A stretch of 64,000 bases of DNA from Eledone cirrhosa. Lineage: Eukaryota. This document shows, in pieces, positions 1 to 13,960 of this stretch. Within the stretch, counting starts at the first letter, position 1, and each line of letters starts with the position of its first letter. The stretch covers positions 65,720,001 through 65,784,000 of the forward strand of contig OZ024747.1 of assembly GCA_964016885.1 (NCBI GenBank). Direction: 5' to 3'. Below the pieces are notes generated by a model. The model was not told the DNA's origin and ran no database searches. It worked only from the letters and a program-made list of their open reading frames with translations. Made by a program: the position numbers and the translations under genes.

Positions 1-204
1 AATGGTTAAAACACTTGCATCACGAAATTCAAATAGCATCACTCCTTGTTTTATCTTTCTCGTCTTTACCTAGGCCTGCATAAGTTAGTGTTACGGTTAG
101 TGTTACTGTTAGCGTTACGGCTAGTTTTAGGGTTAATTGAGAGCAAGAAACTGCTGCTAGGTAAAGACAAGAAATTCTGCATTTACAAGCAATTTTTACA
201 AACA

Positions 205-1025
205 GCCACAATGACAGGACGGAGACATCGTTATGCTAGCAGGGGATTTCAATGGTCATGTTGGACAGCTCTACGATGGTTACACTGAGGTACATGTTGG
301 GCACACTTACGGCTTAAGAAATGAAGCAGTGAAACTTCTTGAATTTTGCGATGCAATTGCACTAACCATCTACAACACTAACTTACACAAATCTGCCAAC
401 CACCTAATAACCTACAAATCAGGCAAGCACATAAGCCAGATTGACTTCTTGCTAGTTAGGCAGCGGGACAGGCAGATGGTGTCAAATACAAAGGCATACC
501 CCGGGGAAGAATGTACCCCACAGCATAGGTTAGTCGTTAGTGATATCTCATTAAGCAAGAGACTGAATGAGACATACAGGAAGGTGTGGAAAAAAGAAAG
601 GTCTGGAAGCTAAAAGAGCTCTCACTAAAATACAAATTTAGGAAAGCCCTTCAATATGTGTATGATGAAAAAGAAGACGATTTAGAGTCGTACAACATAG
701 ATGATAACTGGAATTTCTTATGCGATACCTTACTGCAGGTTACTGATGAAACTTGTGGCTGGATCAGAGTTCCAACCAGACAGAGAGTGACATGGTGGTG
801 GGACAGCACGGTAGATCGGGCCATTGGAGACTAAAGACTAGCATGGAATGCTTGCAAAATTAGTGCGAGTAGAGAAGAATATACAGCCGCTAAGAGAGAA
901 GCTAGACGTCAGGTGTACTTAGCATGCAAGGAGGCTGCTCGACGACGTGCGCTGTTCCGTACTGCAAGGCAGTGTGTCAGTGAAAATCGGGATTAAGTCT
1001 GTCCGCAATGATGCCGCTGTACTTT
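205..1025 (+). pseudogene. RTE-clade LINE fragment: C-terminal APE endonuclease + linker (repeated in each 3.7-kb unit)
   Basis: AGDFNGHVG, LLEFCDA, TYKSGKHISQIDFLLVR, QHRLVVSD and VTWWWD motifs; frameshifts and stops. Confidence 0.9.
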
Positions 1026-1907
1026 GTGTCACGAATGAGTGTTGATGAGTAGAAAAGAGGACAAAACTCTATTCCGTCAGGGAAATGGCCATGTTCGATA
1101 TGCAGAAACGGAACTGGCATAAATTATATAAAACGTACACAAAAGATCGAGTGCGATAGCAGGCACGTAGTGGGATAGCAGGCAAACTAACAGCATATTT
1201 TGATTATAATAAAACAAATAATAATAGTAATAATAATAATAATAATCGTCATTGTTCTTTTCTTCTGTGCCTTTCTTTGCCTTCTCTGTCATCTGAATAA
1301 CAAAAATAAAAGAAAAAAAGAATCTTAAACATATGTTGCCTTTACAAAGTGCTGTGATCAAAGTAGCTTTTAAGCAATTTCCTAACTAACAAACAACATC
1401 AACAAAATATATACAAATATCTTTGAATGTCAAGTCCACCAAGAGAAAATAGTCATAATGTACTTACAGATACAATGCTAGGGACTCGCATCAATGAGTT
1501 TTAGTAGAAAATGACTGACTGACTGTTGAGGGACAGAGGTGTGTTTTCAAATATTTATCAATTCACAACAAAGCCTCACAAAGCTACATCATAATGCAAA
1601 CTCACAACACCCTTCTTATGCAACCTCACCAAGCAACCCCACAACACAACCTCACGTTCACAATTCACAACACTCAACAAGGCATTCGTTATCTAGGGTT
1701 TACAGTAAACATAGCGAGGTAAAACACACCCAGTACACTCTGTAAAGTGGTCATTAGGTTAAGATTAAACTGAAATCATACCTCCATTGTCGTTGGCGTA
1801 TATTTTCTCTAAAACTTAATTTCATTGCTTTCATTTCTCTTCTTTTTCTTCTATTCCATCTAAATATGAAAAAAATTATACAGGTCATTTCGTCTTATCA
1901 AGAGGTC

Positions 1908-1946
<39 letters not shown>

Positions 1947-2063
1947 GAGATAATACCTTAAAATAATGGTAAAAAAAGTGTTTAATTACGAAAATCCTTT
2001 GAAATAACTTCCTCGCTCTTACTGGTCATACCTGCAAAATACAAAACACTAGCGTTAGAGTGA

Positions 2064-2135
2064 ACAGTGCAGTGCAGTGCAGTGCAGTGCAGTGTAGTGT
2101 AGTGTAATTTAGTATGGTGCAGTTTAGTGGCACAG
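2064..2135 (+). repeat. (CAGTG)n/(TAGTG)n pentanucleotide microsatellite (also near 5772, 9478, 12780)
   Basis: Visible cagtgcagtg...tagtgtagtg run. Confidence 0.85.
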
Positions 2136-2213
2136 TACACTGTAAAACATTTAGCCAATCTCTCAGACATTTACAAATCTTTCAAGATATATATATATAT
2201 ATATATATATATA

Positions 2214-2715
2214 TGGGAGAGAGAGAAATTACCCTCAGTAGATCAGACAGAGGGACCAGCTATTGAGATTAACGAATATAGGGTCCAAGAGGCGATTAAG
2301 GAAATGAAAAATGGTGAGGCTGCTGGACCATCGGAGATAGTTGCTGAGATGCTGAAGGCCTCAGGGGACGTAGGCACTAAACTGGTTGCACACATCATCA
2401 ATCAGGCTATATATGGCAGTGTCATACCCAAAGACTAGTGCAAAAGTAAAGGGGACGCTCTTGAGAGGAGAAATTATAGGGATATAAAACTGATGGATCA
2501 GGTTATGAAAGTGGCAGAAAGGATATTAGCACAACTAATTAGAGAAAGGGTCAAACTAGATGAGATGCAGTTTGGTTTTGTGCCTGGGAATAGTACAACA
2601 GATGCCCTCTTCTTGATGAGACAATTACAAGAGAGGTTCTTAGAGAAAAATAAGCCACTATACTTAGCCTTTGTTGACCTAGAGAAGGCCTTTGATAGGG
2701 TACGCCGATCTGTCA
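2214..2715 (+). pseudogene. RTE LINE reverse transcriptase N-terminal fragment (repeated in each unit)
   Basis: GEAAGPSEIVAEMLK, NYRGIKL, QFGFVPG.STTDALF, AFVDLEKAFDRV; in-frame stop at 2436-2438. Confidence 0.92.
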
Positions 2716-2719
2716 TCTT

Positions 2720-2880
2720 ATTATTTAACCTATAAATGGGGCCCCAACAGGTACTACTACACCAGGCCAGAGCAGACCTGGGAGTTATGACAACTAAGGG
2801 GGTAACTCCACGTTCCCCACAGTTCCTCCTGAACTTGAGCCTTGCCACTGGATGTAGTTTAATGTCATACCCAGGACAAA
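2720..2880. repeat. Short interspersed repeat of unassigned family followed by a (TA)n tract (repeated per unit and at ~13430-13590)
   Basis: Non-RTE sequence abruptly replaces the RT fragment; same block recurs at 13430-13590. Confidence 0.5.
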
Positions 2881-2913
2881 TATATACATACATATATATA
2901 TATATATATACAT

Positions 2914-2954
<41 letters not shown>

Positions 2955-2974
2955 TACAAATATATATATGCGTA

Positions 2975-3440
2975 CGAAAGTGTGGTTACATGATGCCTAT
3001 GCGAGATGTGCGACCCTGCATGGTAGTGAGACATGGACAGCAACTGCAGAGGGTATGCGATGGCTGGAGAGAAAGGAAGCAAGCACGCTCCGTTGGATGT
3101 GCAATGTCAATGTGCGGGAACGACCAAGCATAAACGAGTTGAGAGAGAAACTGTGTTTAAGAGGGATAAGTTGTGGTGTGCAAGAGAGGACTGAGATGGT
3201 ATGGACATGTGATGCGCATGGAGGTTGAGCGCTGGGTAAAGAAGGGAGACGCAGTAGAGGAAGACCACGAAAAACATGGGCGGAGGTGGTGAGAGCCGAC
3301 TTCAGATCGCTGAAACTCACCAAGGAGATGACGAAGGACCGTGACAAGTGAAGAGATGCTTTGCTCAAGAGGACCTGTCCCACCCTTTCAAGCAGGGAAA
3401 AGCGGACGTAAAATGATGAACAGACGATGATAATGATGCT
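2975..3440 (+). pseudogene. RTE LINE 3' end (RT C-terminus, short 3' UTR, (TGA)n-like tail), repeated per unit
   Basis: LHGSETW, LRWMCNV, GRRSRGRPRKTW; terminus cccaccctt..aagcagggaaaagcggacgtaaaatgatga. Confidence 0.88.
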
Positions 3441-5614
3441 CTCTATATATCTATCTCTCTATCAATCTATCCAGATATCTGTGCATCAGTCTATCTATTT
3501 ACCTGCACTTCTCACTCCGTCTCAGGATCACCGAGACATCACCAACAACCAACCCACGCTGTGGGAAACAGTCCTCCCCGGGGCACACCCTGGTACTTCA
3601 CACCATCTGTCTGTCTCGCTGCCTAACTACCGAGAAATCCGGCTTCTGTGCTTGCCTAATTTGTAGGTTATTAGGCAGTTGGCAGGTTTGCGGAAGTTGG
3701 TTTTGCAAATGGTTAAAACACTTGCATCACGAAATTCAAATAGCATCACTCCTTGTTTTATCTTTCTCGTCTTTACCTAGGCCTGCATAAGTTAGTGTTA
3801 CGGTTAGTGTTACTGTTAGCGTTACGGCTAGTTTTAGGGTTAATTGAGAGCAAGAAACTGCTGCTAGGTAAAGACAAGAAATTCTGCATTTACAAGCAAT
3901 TTTTACAAACAGCCACAATGACAGGACGGAGACATCGTTATGCTAGCAGGGGATTTCAATGGTCATGTTGGACAGCTCTACGATGGTTACACTGAGGTAC
4001 ATGTTGGGCACACTTACGGCTTAAGAAATGAAGCAGTGAAACTTCTTGAATTTTGCGATGCAATTGCACTAACCATCTACAACACTAACTTACACAAATC
4101 TGCCAACCACCTAATAACCTACAAATCAGGCAAGCACATAAGCCAGATTGACTTCTTGCTAGTTAGGCAGCGGGACAGGCAGATGGTGTCAAATACAAAG
4201 GCATACCCCGGGGAAGAATGTACCCCACAGCATAGGTTAGTCGTTAGTGATATCTCATTAAGCAAGAGACTGAATGAGACATACAGGAAGGTGTGGAAAA
4301 AAGAAAGGTCTGGAAGCTAAAAGAGCTCTCACTAAAATACAAATTTAGGAAAGCCCTTCAATATGTGTATGATGAAAAAGAAGACGATTTAGAGTCGTAC
4401 AACATAGATGATAACTGGAATTTCTTATGCGATACCTTACTGCAGGTTACTGATGAAACTTGTGGCTGGATCAGAGTTCCAACCAGACAGAGAGTGACAT
4501 GGTGGTGGGACAGCACGGTAGATCGGGCCATTGGAGACTAAAGACTAGCATGGAATGCTTGCAAAATTAGTGCGAGTAGAGAAGAATATACAGCCGCTAA
4601 GAGAGAAGCTAGACGTCAGGTGTACTTAGCATGCAAGGAGGCTGCTCGACGACGTGCGCTGTTCCGTACTGCAAGGCAGTGTGTCAGTGAAAATCGGGAT
4701 TAAGTCTGTCCGCAATGATGCCGCTGTACTTTGTGTCACGAATGAGTGTTGATGAGTAGAAAAGAGGACAAAACTCTATTCCGTCAGGGAAATGGCCATG
4801 TTCGATATGCAGAAACGGAACTGGCATAAATTATATAAAACGTACACAAAAGATCGAGTGCGATAGCAGGCACGTAGTGGGATAGCAGGCAAACTAACAG
4901 CATATTTTGATTATAATAAAACAAATAATAATAGTAATAATAATAATAATAATCGTCATTGTTCTTTTCTTCTGTGCCTTTCTTTGCCTTCTCTGTCATC
5001 TGAATAACAAAAATAAAAGAAAAAAAGAATCTTAAACATATGTTGCCTTTACAAAGTGCTGTGATCAAAGTAGCTTTTAAGCAATTTCCTAACTAACAAA
5101 CAACATCAACAAAATATATACAAATATCTTTGAATGTCAAGTCCACCAAGAGAAAATAGTCATAATGTACTTACAGATACAATGCTAGGGACTCGCATCA
5201 ATGAGTTTTAGTAGAAAATGACTGACTGACTGTTGAGGGACAGAGGTGTGTTTTCAAATATTTATCAATTCACAACAAAGCCTCACAAAGCTACATCATA
5301 ATGCAAACTCACAACACCCTTCTTATGCAACCTCACCAAGCAACCCCACAACACAACCTCACGTTCACAATTCACAACACTCAACAAGGCATTCGTTATC
5401 TAGGGTTTACAGTAAACATAGCGAGGTAAAACACACCCAGTACACTCTGTAAAGTGGTCATTAGGTTAAGATTAAACTGAAATCATACCTCCATTGTCGT
5501 TGGCGTATATTTTCTCTAAAACTTAATTTCATTGCTTTCATTTCTCTTCTTTTTCTTCTATTCCATCTAAATATGAAAAAAATTATACAGGTCATTTCGT
5601 CTTATCAAGAGGTC

Positions 5615-5653
<39 letters not shown>

Positions 5654-6615
5654 GAGATAATACCTTAAAATAATGGTAAAAAAAGTGTTTAATTACGAAA
5701 ATCCTTTGAAATAACTTCCTCGCTCTTACTGGTCATACCTGCAAAACACAAAACACTAGCGTTAGAGTGAACAGTGCAGTGCAGTGCAGTGCAGTGTAGT
5801 GTAGTGTAATTTAGTATGGTGCAGTTTAGTGGCACAGTACACTGTAAAACATTTAGCCAATCTCTCAGACATTTACAAATCTTTCAAGATATATATATAT
5901 ATATATATATATATATGGGAGAGAGAGAAATTACCCTCAGTAGATCAGACAGAGGGACCAGCTATTGAGATTAACGAATATAGGGTCCAAGAGGCGATTA
6001 AGGAAATGAAAAATGGTGAGGCTGCTGGACCATCGGAGATAGTTGCTGAGATGCTGAAGGCCTCAGGGGACGTAGGCACTAAACTGGTTGCACACATCAT
6101 CAATCAGGCTATATATGGCAGTGTCATACCCAAAGACTAGTGCAAAAGTAAAGGGGACGCTCTTGAGAGGAGAAATTATAGGGATATAAAACTGATGGAT
6201 CAGGTTATGAAAGTGGCAGAAAGGATATTAGCACAACTAATTAGAGAAAGGGTCAAACTAGATGAGATGCAGTTTGGTTTTGTGCCTGGGAATAGTACAA
6301 CAGATGCCCTCTTCTTGATGAGACAATTACAAGAGAGGTTCTTAGAGAAAAATAAGCCACTATACTTAGCCTTTGTTGACCTAGAGAAGGCCTTTGATAG
6401 GGTACGCCGATCTGTCATCTTATTATTTAACCTATAAATGGGGCCCCAACAGGTACTACTACACCAGGCCAGAGCAGACCTGGGAGTTATGACAACTAAG
6501 GGGGTAACTCCACGTTCCCCACAGTTCCTCCTGAACTTGAGCCTTGCCACTGGATGTAGTTTAATGTCATACCCAGGACAAATATATACATACATATATA
6601 TATATATATATACAT

Positions 6616-6658
<43 letters not shown>

Positions 6659-9319
6659 TACAAATATATATATGCGTACGAAAGTGTGGTTACATGATGC
6701 CTATGCGAGATGTGCGACCCTGCATGGTAGTGAGACATGGACAGCAACTGCAGAGGGTATGCGATGGCTGGAGAGAAAGGAAGCAAGCACGCTCCGTTGG
6801 ATGTGCAATGTCAATGTGCGGGAACGACCAAGCATAAACGAGTTGAGAGAGAAACTGTGTTTAAGAGGGATAAGTTGTGGTGTGCAAGAGAGGACTGAGA
6901 TGGTATGGACATGTGATGCGCATGGAGGTTGAGCGCTGGGTAAAGAAGGGAGACGCAGTAGAGGAAGACCACGAAAAACATGGGCGGAGGTGGTGAGAGC
7001 CGACTTCAGATCGCTGAAACTCACCAAGGAGATGACGAAGGACCGTGACAAGTGAAGAGATGCTTTGCTCAAGAGGACCTGTCCCACCCTTTCAAGCAGG
7101 GAAAAGCGGACGTAAAATGATGAACAGACGATGATAATGATGCTCTCTATATATCTATCTCTCTATCAATCTATCCAGATATCTGTGCATCAGTCTATCT
7201 ATTTACCTGCACTTCTCACTCCGTCTCAGGATCACCGAGACATCACCAACAACCAACCCACGCTGTGGGAAACAGTCCTCCCCGGGGCACACCCTGGTAC
7301 TTCACACCATCTGTCTGTCTCGCTGCCTAACTACCGAGAAATCCGGCTTCTGTGCTTGCCTAATTTGTAGGTTATTAGGCAGTTGGCAGGTTTGCGGAAG
7401 TTGGTTTTGCAAATGGTTAAAACACTTGCATCACGAAATTCAAATAGCATCACTCCTTGTTTTATCTTTCTCGTCTTTACCTAGGCCTGCATAAGTTAGT
7501 GTTACGGTTAGTGTTACTGTTAGCGTTACGGCTAGTTTTAGGGTTAATTGAGAGCAAGAAACTGCTGCTAGGTAAAGACAAGAAATTCTGCATTTACAAG
7601 CAATTTTTACAAACAGCCACAATGACAGGACGGAGACATCGTTATGCTAGCAGGGGATTTCAATGGTCATGTTGGACAGCTCTACGATGGTTACACTGAG
7701 GTACATGTTGGGCACACTTACGGCTTAAGAAATGAAGCAGTGAAACTTCTTGAATTTTGCGATGCAATTGCACTAACCATCTACAACACTAACTTACACA
7801 AATCTGCCAACCACCTAATAACCTACAAATCAGGCAAGCACATAAGCCAGATTGACTTCTTGCTAGTTAGGCAGCGGGACAGGCAGATGGTGTCAAATAC
7901 AAAGGCATACCCCGGGGAAGAATGTACCCCACAGCATAGGTTAGTCGTTAGTGATATCTCATTAAGCAAGAGACTGAATGAGACATACAGGAAGGTGTGG
8001 AAAAAAGAAAGGTCTGGAAGCTAAAAGAGCTCTCACTAAAATACAAATTTAGGAAAGCCCTTCAATATGTGTATGATGAAAAAGAAGACGATTTAGAGTC
8101 GTACAACATAGATGATAACTGGAATTTCTTATGCGATACCTTACTGCAGGTTACTGATGAAACTTGTGGCTGGATCAGAGTTCCAACCAGACAGAGAGTG
8201 ACATGGTGGTGGGACAGCACGGTAGATCGGGCCATTGGAGACTAAAGACTAGCATGGAATGCTTGCAAAATTAGTGCGAGTAGAGAAGAATATACAGCCG
8301 CTAAGAGAGAAGCTAGACGTCAGGTGTACTTAGCATGCAAGGAGGCTGCTCGACGACGTGCGCTGTTCCGTACTGCAAGGCAGTGTGTCAGTGAAAATCG
8401 GGATTAAGTCTGTCCGCAATGATGCCGCTGTACTTTGTGTCACGAATGAGTGTTGATGAGTAGAAAAGAGGACAAAACTCTATTCCGTCAGGGAAATGGC
8501 CATGTTCGATATGCAGAAACGGAACTGGCATAAATTATATAAAACGTACACAAAAGATCGAGTGCGATAGCAGGCACGTAGTGGGATAGCAGGCAAACTA
8601 ACAGCATATTTTGATTATAATAAAACAAATAATAATAGTAATAATAATAATAATAATCGTCATTGTTCTTTTCTTCTGTGCCTTTCTTTGCCTTCTCTGT
8701 CATCTGAATAACAAAAATAAAAGAAAAAAAGAATCTTAAACATATGTTGCCTTTACAAAGTGCTGTGATCAAAGTAGCTTTTAAGCAATTTCCTAACTAA
8801 CAAACAACATCAACAAAATATATACAAATATCTTTGAATGTCAAGTCCACCAAGAGAAAATAGTCATAATGTACTTACAGATACAATGCTAGGGACTCGC
8901 ATCAATGAGTTTTAGTAGAAAATGACTGACTGACTGTTGAGGGACAGAGGTGTGTTTTCAAATATTTATCAATTCACAACAAAGCCTCACAAAGCTACAT
9001 CATAATGCAAACTCACAACACCCTTCTTATGCAACCTCACCAAGCAACCCCACAACACAACCTCACGTTCACAATTCACAACACTCAACAAGGCATTCGT
9101 TATCTAGGGTTTACAGTAAACATAGCGAGGTAAAACACACCCAGTACACTCTGTAAAGTGGTCATTAGGTTAAGATTAAACTGAAATCATACCTCCATTG
9201 TCGTTGGCGTATATTTTCTCTAAAACTTAATTTCATTGCTTTCATTTCTCTTCTTTTTCTTCTATTCCATCTAAATATGAAAAAAATTATACAGGTCATT
9301 TCGTCTTATCAAGAGGTCC

Positions 9320-9360
<41 letters not shown>

Positions 9361-10324
9361 GAGATAATACCTTAAAATAATGGTAAAAAAAGTGTTTAAT
9401 TACGAAAATCCTTTGAAATAACTTCCTCGCTCTTACTGGTCATACCTGCAAAACACAAAACACTAGCCATAGAGTGAACAGTGCAGTGCAGTGCAGTGCA
9501 GTGTAGTGTAGTGTAATTTAGTATGGTGCAGTTTAGTGGCACAGTACACTGTAAAACATTTAGCCAATCTCTCAGACATTTACAAATCTTTCAAGATATA
9601 TATATATATATATATATATATATGGGAGAGAGAGAAATTACCCTCAGTAGATCAGACAGAGGGACCAGCTATTGAGATTAACGAATATAGGGTCCAAGAG
9701 GCGATTAAGGAAATGAAAAATGGTGAGGCTGCTGGACCATCGGAGATAGTTGCTGAGATGCTGAAGGCCTCAGGGGACGTAGGCACTAAACTGGTTGCAC
9801 ACATCATCAATCAGGCTATATATGGCAGTGTCATACCCAAAGACTAGTGCAAAAGTAAAGGGGACGCTCTTGAGAGGAGAAATTATAGGGATATAAAACT
9901 GATGGATCAGGTTATGAAAGTGGCAGAAAGGATATTAGCACAACTAATTAGAGAAAGGGTCAAACTAGATGAGATGCAGTTTGGTTTTGTGCCTGGGAAT
10001 AGTACAACAGATGCCCTCTTCTTGATGAGACAATTACAAGAGAGGTTCTTAGAGAAAAATAAGCCACTATACTTAGCCTTTGTTGACCTAGAGAAGGCCT
10101 TTGATAGGGTACGCCGATCTGTCATCTTATTATTTAACCTATAAATGGGGCCCCAACAGGTACTACTACACCAGGCCAGAGCAGACCTGGGAGTTATGAC
10201 AACTAAGGGGGTAACTCCACGTTCCCCACAGTTCCTCCTGAACTTGAGCCTTGCCACTGGATGTAGTTTAATGTCATACCCAGGACAAATATATACATAC
10301 ATATATATATATATATATATACAT

Positions 10325-10365
<41 letters not shown>

Positions 10366-12024
10366 TACAAATATATATATGCGTACGAAAGTGTGGTTAC
10401 ATGATGCCTATGCGAGATGTGCGACCCTGCATGGTAGTGAGACATGGACAGCAACTGCAGAGGGTATGCGATGGCTGGAGAGAAAGGAAGCAAGCACGCT
10501 CCGTTGGATGTGCAATGTCAATGTGCGGGAACGACCAAGCATAAACGAGTTGAGAGAGAAACTGTGTTTAAGAGGGATAAGTTGTGGTGTGCAAGAGAGG
10601 ACTGAGATGGTATGGACATGTGATGCGCATGGAGGTTGAGCGCTGGGTAAAGAAGGGAGACGCAGTAGAGGAAGACCACGAAAAACATGGGCGGAGGTGG
10701 TGAGAGCCGACTTCAGATCGCTGAAACTCACCAAGGAGATGACGAAGGACCGTGAGAAGTGAAGAGATGCTTTGCTCAAGAGGACCTGTCCCACCCTTTC
10801 AAGCAGGGAAAAGCGGACGTAAAATGATGAACAGACGATGATAATGATGCTCTCTATATATCTATCTCTCTATCAATCTATCCAGATATCTGTGCATCAG
10901 TCTATCTATTTACCTGCACTTCTCACTCCGTCTCAGGATCACCGAGACATCACCAACAACCAACCCACGCTGTGGGAAACAGTCCTCCCCGGGGCACACC
11001 CTGGTACTTCACACCATCTGTCTGTCTCGCTGCCTAACTACCGAGAAATCCGGCTTCTGTGCTTGCCTAATTTGTAGGTTATTAGGCAGTTGGCAGGTTT
11101 GCGGAAGTTGGTTTTGCAAATGGTTAAAACACTTGCATCACGAAATTCAAATAGCATCACTCCTTGTTTTATCTTTCTCGTCTTTACCTAGGCCTGCATA
11201 AGTTAGTGTTACGGTTAGTGTTACTGTTAGCGTTACGGCTAGTTTTAGGGTTAATTGAGAGCAAGAAACTGCTGCTAGGTAAAGACAAGAAATTCTGCAT
11301 TTACAAGCAATTTTTACAAACAGCCACAATGACAGGACGGAGACATCGTTATGCTAGCAGGGGATTTCAATGGTCATGTTGGACAGCTCTACGATGGTTA
11401 CACTGAGGTACATGTTGGGCACACTTACGGCTTAAGAAATGAAGCAGTGAAACTTCTTGAATTTTGCGATGCAATTGCACTAACCATCTACAACACTAAC
11501 TTACACAAATCTGCCAACCACCTAATAACCTACAAATCAGGCAAGCACATAAGCCAGATTGACTTCTTGCTAGTTAGGCAGCGGGACAGGCAGATGGTGT
11601 CAAATACAAAGGCATACCCCGGGGAAGAATGTACCCCACAGCATAGGTTAGTCGTTAGTGATATCTCATTAAGCAAGAGACTGAATGAGACATACAGGAA
11701 GGTGTGGAAAAAAGAAAGGTCTGGAAGCTAAAAGAGCTCTCACTAAAATACAAATTTAGGAAAGCCCTTCAATATGTGTATGATGAAAAAGAAGACGATT
11801 TAGAGTCGTACAACATAGATGATAACTGGAATTTCTTATGCGATACCTTACTGCAGGTTACTGATGAAACTTGTGGCTGGATCAGAGTTCCAACCAAACA
11901 GAGAGTGACATGGTGGTGGGACAGCACGGTAGATCGGGCCATTGGAGACTAAAGACTAGCATGGAATGCTTGCAAAATTAGTGCGAGTAGAGAAGAATAT
12001 ACAGCCGCTAAGAGAGAAGCTAGA

Positions 12025-12716
12025 GGTTAGGTGTACTTAGCACGCAAGGAGGCTGCTCGACAAGAAGATCAAAGACGCGCCGTGTTCCGTATTGCGAGGC
12101 TGTGTGTCAGTGCAAATCGAGATTAAGTTTGTCTGCTTAATGATGCCGGCGTACTTAGTTTTACGGATGGTCAGAAAAAAAAGGCCTGGAAATGTCATTA
12201 AGAGAGACTGATGAATGTGGAGACCCAATGTGAGAAAGAGAGAAATTACCCCCCCCCCCCCCAGTACATCCGATAGAGGGATCAGCTATTCAGATTGACG
12301 AATATATGGTCTAAGAGGCGATTAAGGAAATGAATAATGGTAAGGCCGCTGGACCGTCAGGAATAGTTGCCGAGATGCTGCAGGCATCAGGGGACATAGG
12401 CACTCAACTGGTTGCACGCTTCATCAAATCAGGCTATATATGTCGGTTTTGTACTCAAAGACTGCTGCAGCAATATTCTCGTAAATTGCTACAAAGGTAA
12501 AGGAGATGCTCTGGACATGAGCAATTATAGAGGAATAAAGCTGATGGATCAGGTTGTGAAAGTGGCAGAAAGGATATTAGGGCAACTAATTATAGAAAGG
12601 GTCCAACTAGATGCGATGCAGTTTGGTTATGTGCCTGGGAAAAGTGCAACAGATACCCTCTTAGCGAGACAACTACAAGAGAGGTTATTAGAAGCCACTA
12701 TACTTAGCTTTTGTTG
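12025..12716 (+). pseudogene. Diverged RTE copy continuing from linker into RT without the ~1.2-kb interruption seen in the array units
   Basis: KAWKCH, NCYKGKGDALDMSNYRGIKLMDQVVKV, QFGYVPGKSATD. Confidence 0.85.
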
Positions 12717-12886
12717 AAATAACTTCCTTTCTCTTACTGATCATAACTGCAAAATAGAAAACAGTAGCGTTAGCGTGAACAGTACAGTGCAGTGTAGTGT
12801 AGTGTGATTTAGTATGGTGCAGTTTAGTGGCACAGTACACTGTAAAACATTTAGCCAATCTCTCAGACATTTACAAATATTTCAAG

Positions 12887-12921
<35 letters not shown>

Positions 12922-12928
12922 ATATACA

Positions 12929-13420
12929 TGGGAGAGAGAGAAATTACCCTCAGTAGATCAGACAGAAGAACCAGCTATTGAGATTGACGAATATAGGGTC
13001 CAAGAGGCAATTAAGGAAATGAAAAATGGTGAGGCTGCTGGACCATCGGAGATAGTTGTTGAGATGCTGAAGGCCTCAGGGGACGTAGGCACTAAACTGG
13101 TTGCACACATCAATCAGGCTATATATGGCAGTGTCATACCCAAAGACTAGTGCAAAAGTAAAGGGGATACTCTTGAGAGGAGAAATTATAGGGGTATAAA
13201 ACTGATGGATCAGGTTATGAAAGTGGCAGAAAGGATATTAGCACAACTAATTAGAGAAAGGGTCAAACTAGATGAGATGCAGTTTGGTTTTGTGCCTGGG
13301 AATAGTACAACAGATGCCCTCTTCTTGATGAGACAATTACAAGAGAGGTTCTTAGAGAAAAATAAGCCACTATACTTAGCCTTTGTTGACCTAGAGAAGG
13401 CCTTTGATAGGGGTACCCCG
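12929..13420 (+). pseudogene. RTE RT fragment, older paralog of 2214-2715
   Basis: Near-identical ORFs (GEAAGPSEIVVEMLK; AFVDLEKAFDR) with the same upstream (CAGTG)n and downstream repeat. Confidence 0.88.
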
Positions 13421-13620
13421 ATCTGTCATCTTATTATTTAACCTATAAAAGGGGCCCTAACAGGTACTACTACACCAGGCCAGAGCAGACCTGGGAGTTA
13501 TGACAACTAAGGGGGTAACTCCACGTTCCCCACAGTTCCTCCTGAACTTGAGCCTTGCCACTGGATGTAGTTTAATGTCATACCCAGGACAAATATATAC
13601 ACACACATATATATATATAT

Positions 13621-13920
13621 ATCAAAATTGATGGAAGTTACGGAGTAGGCAGACCCAGAAAAACCTGGGACGATCTGATAAATTCCGACCTTACATACAT
13701 CTCTCCAAGACAATGTCACTGGACAGAGATCTTTGGCACTACGCAGTAATACAGAAGACCTGATTTGTCTATGTACAACGCGAAACCTCGTCAGTAGGCA
13801 CCTCTTAACCAAAAATACACCCGCATCCCACTACCCTCTCCTCCAACCTCTTTCTCTGTAAAGTTATGTTGGTACCACAACATCCAGCCCTAAATAAATG
13901 AGGTCGTGTAGATGTCACGA

Positions 13921-13960
<40 letters not shown>

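Larger units (their letters stand above)
1..12024 (+). repeat. Tandem array of ~3.7-kb units (1-3707, 3708-7411, 7412-11118, partial 11119-12024); may extend left of the window
   Basis: aatggttaaaacacttgcatcacg recurs at 1, 3708, 7412 and 11119. The ORF track repeats with the same period. Units differ mainly in poly-A, (CAGTG)n and (TA)n lengths plus a few SNPs. Confidence 0.97.

Noticed and set aside
84-136. True interstitial telomere
   Set aside because: Only one exact TTAGGG; short and degenerate; better explained as the core of a small IR-bounded element
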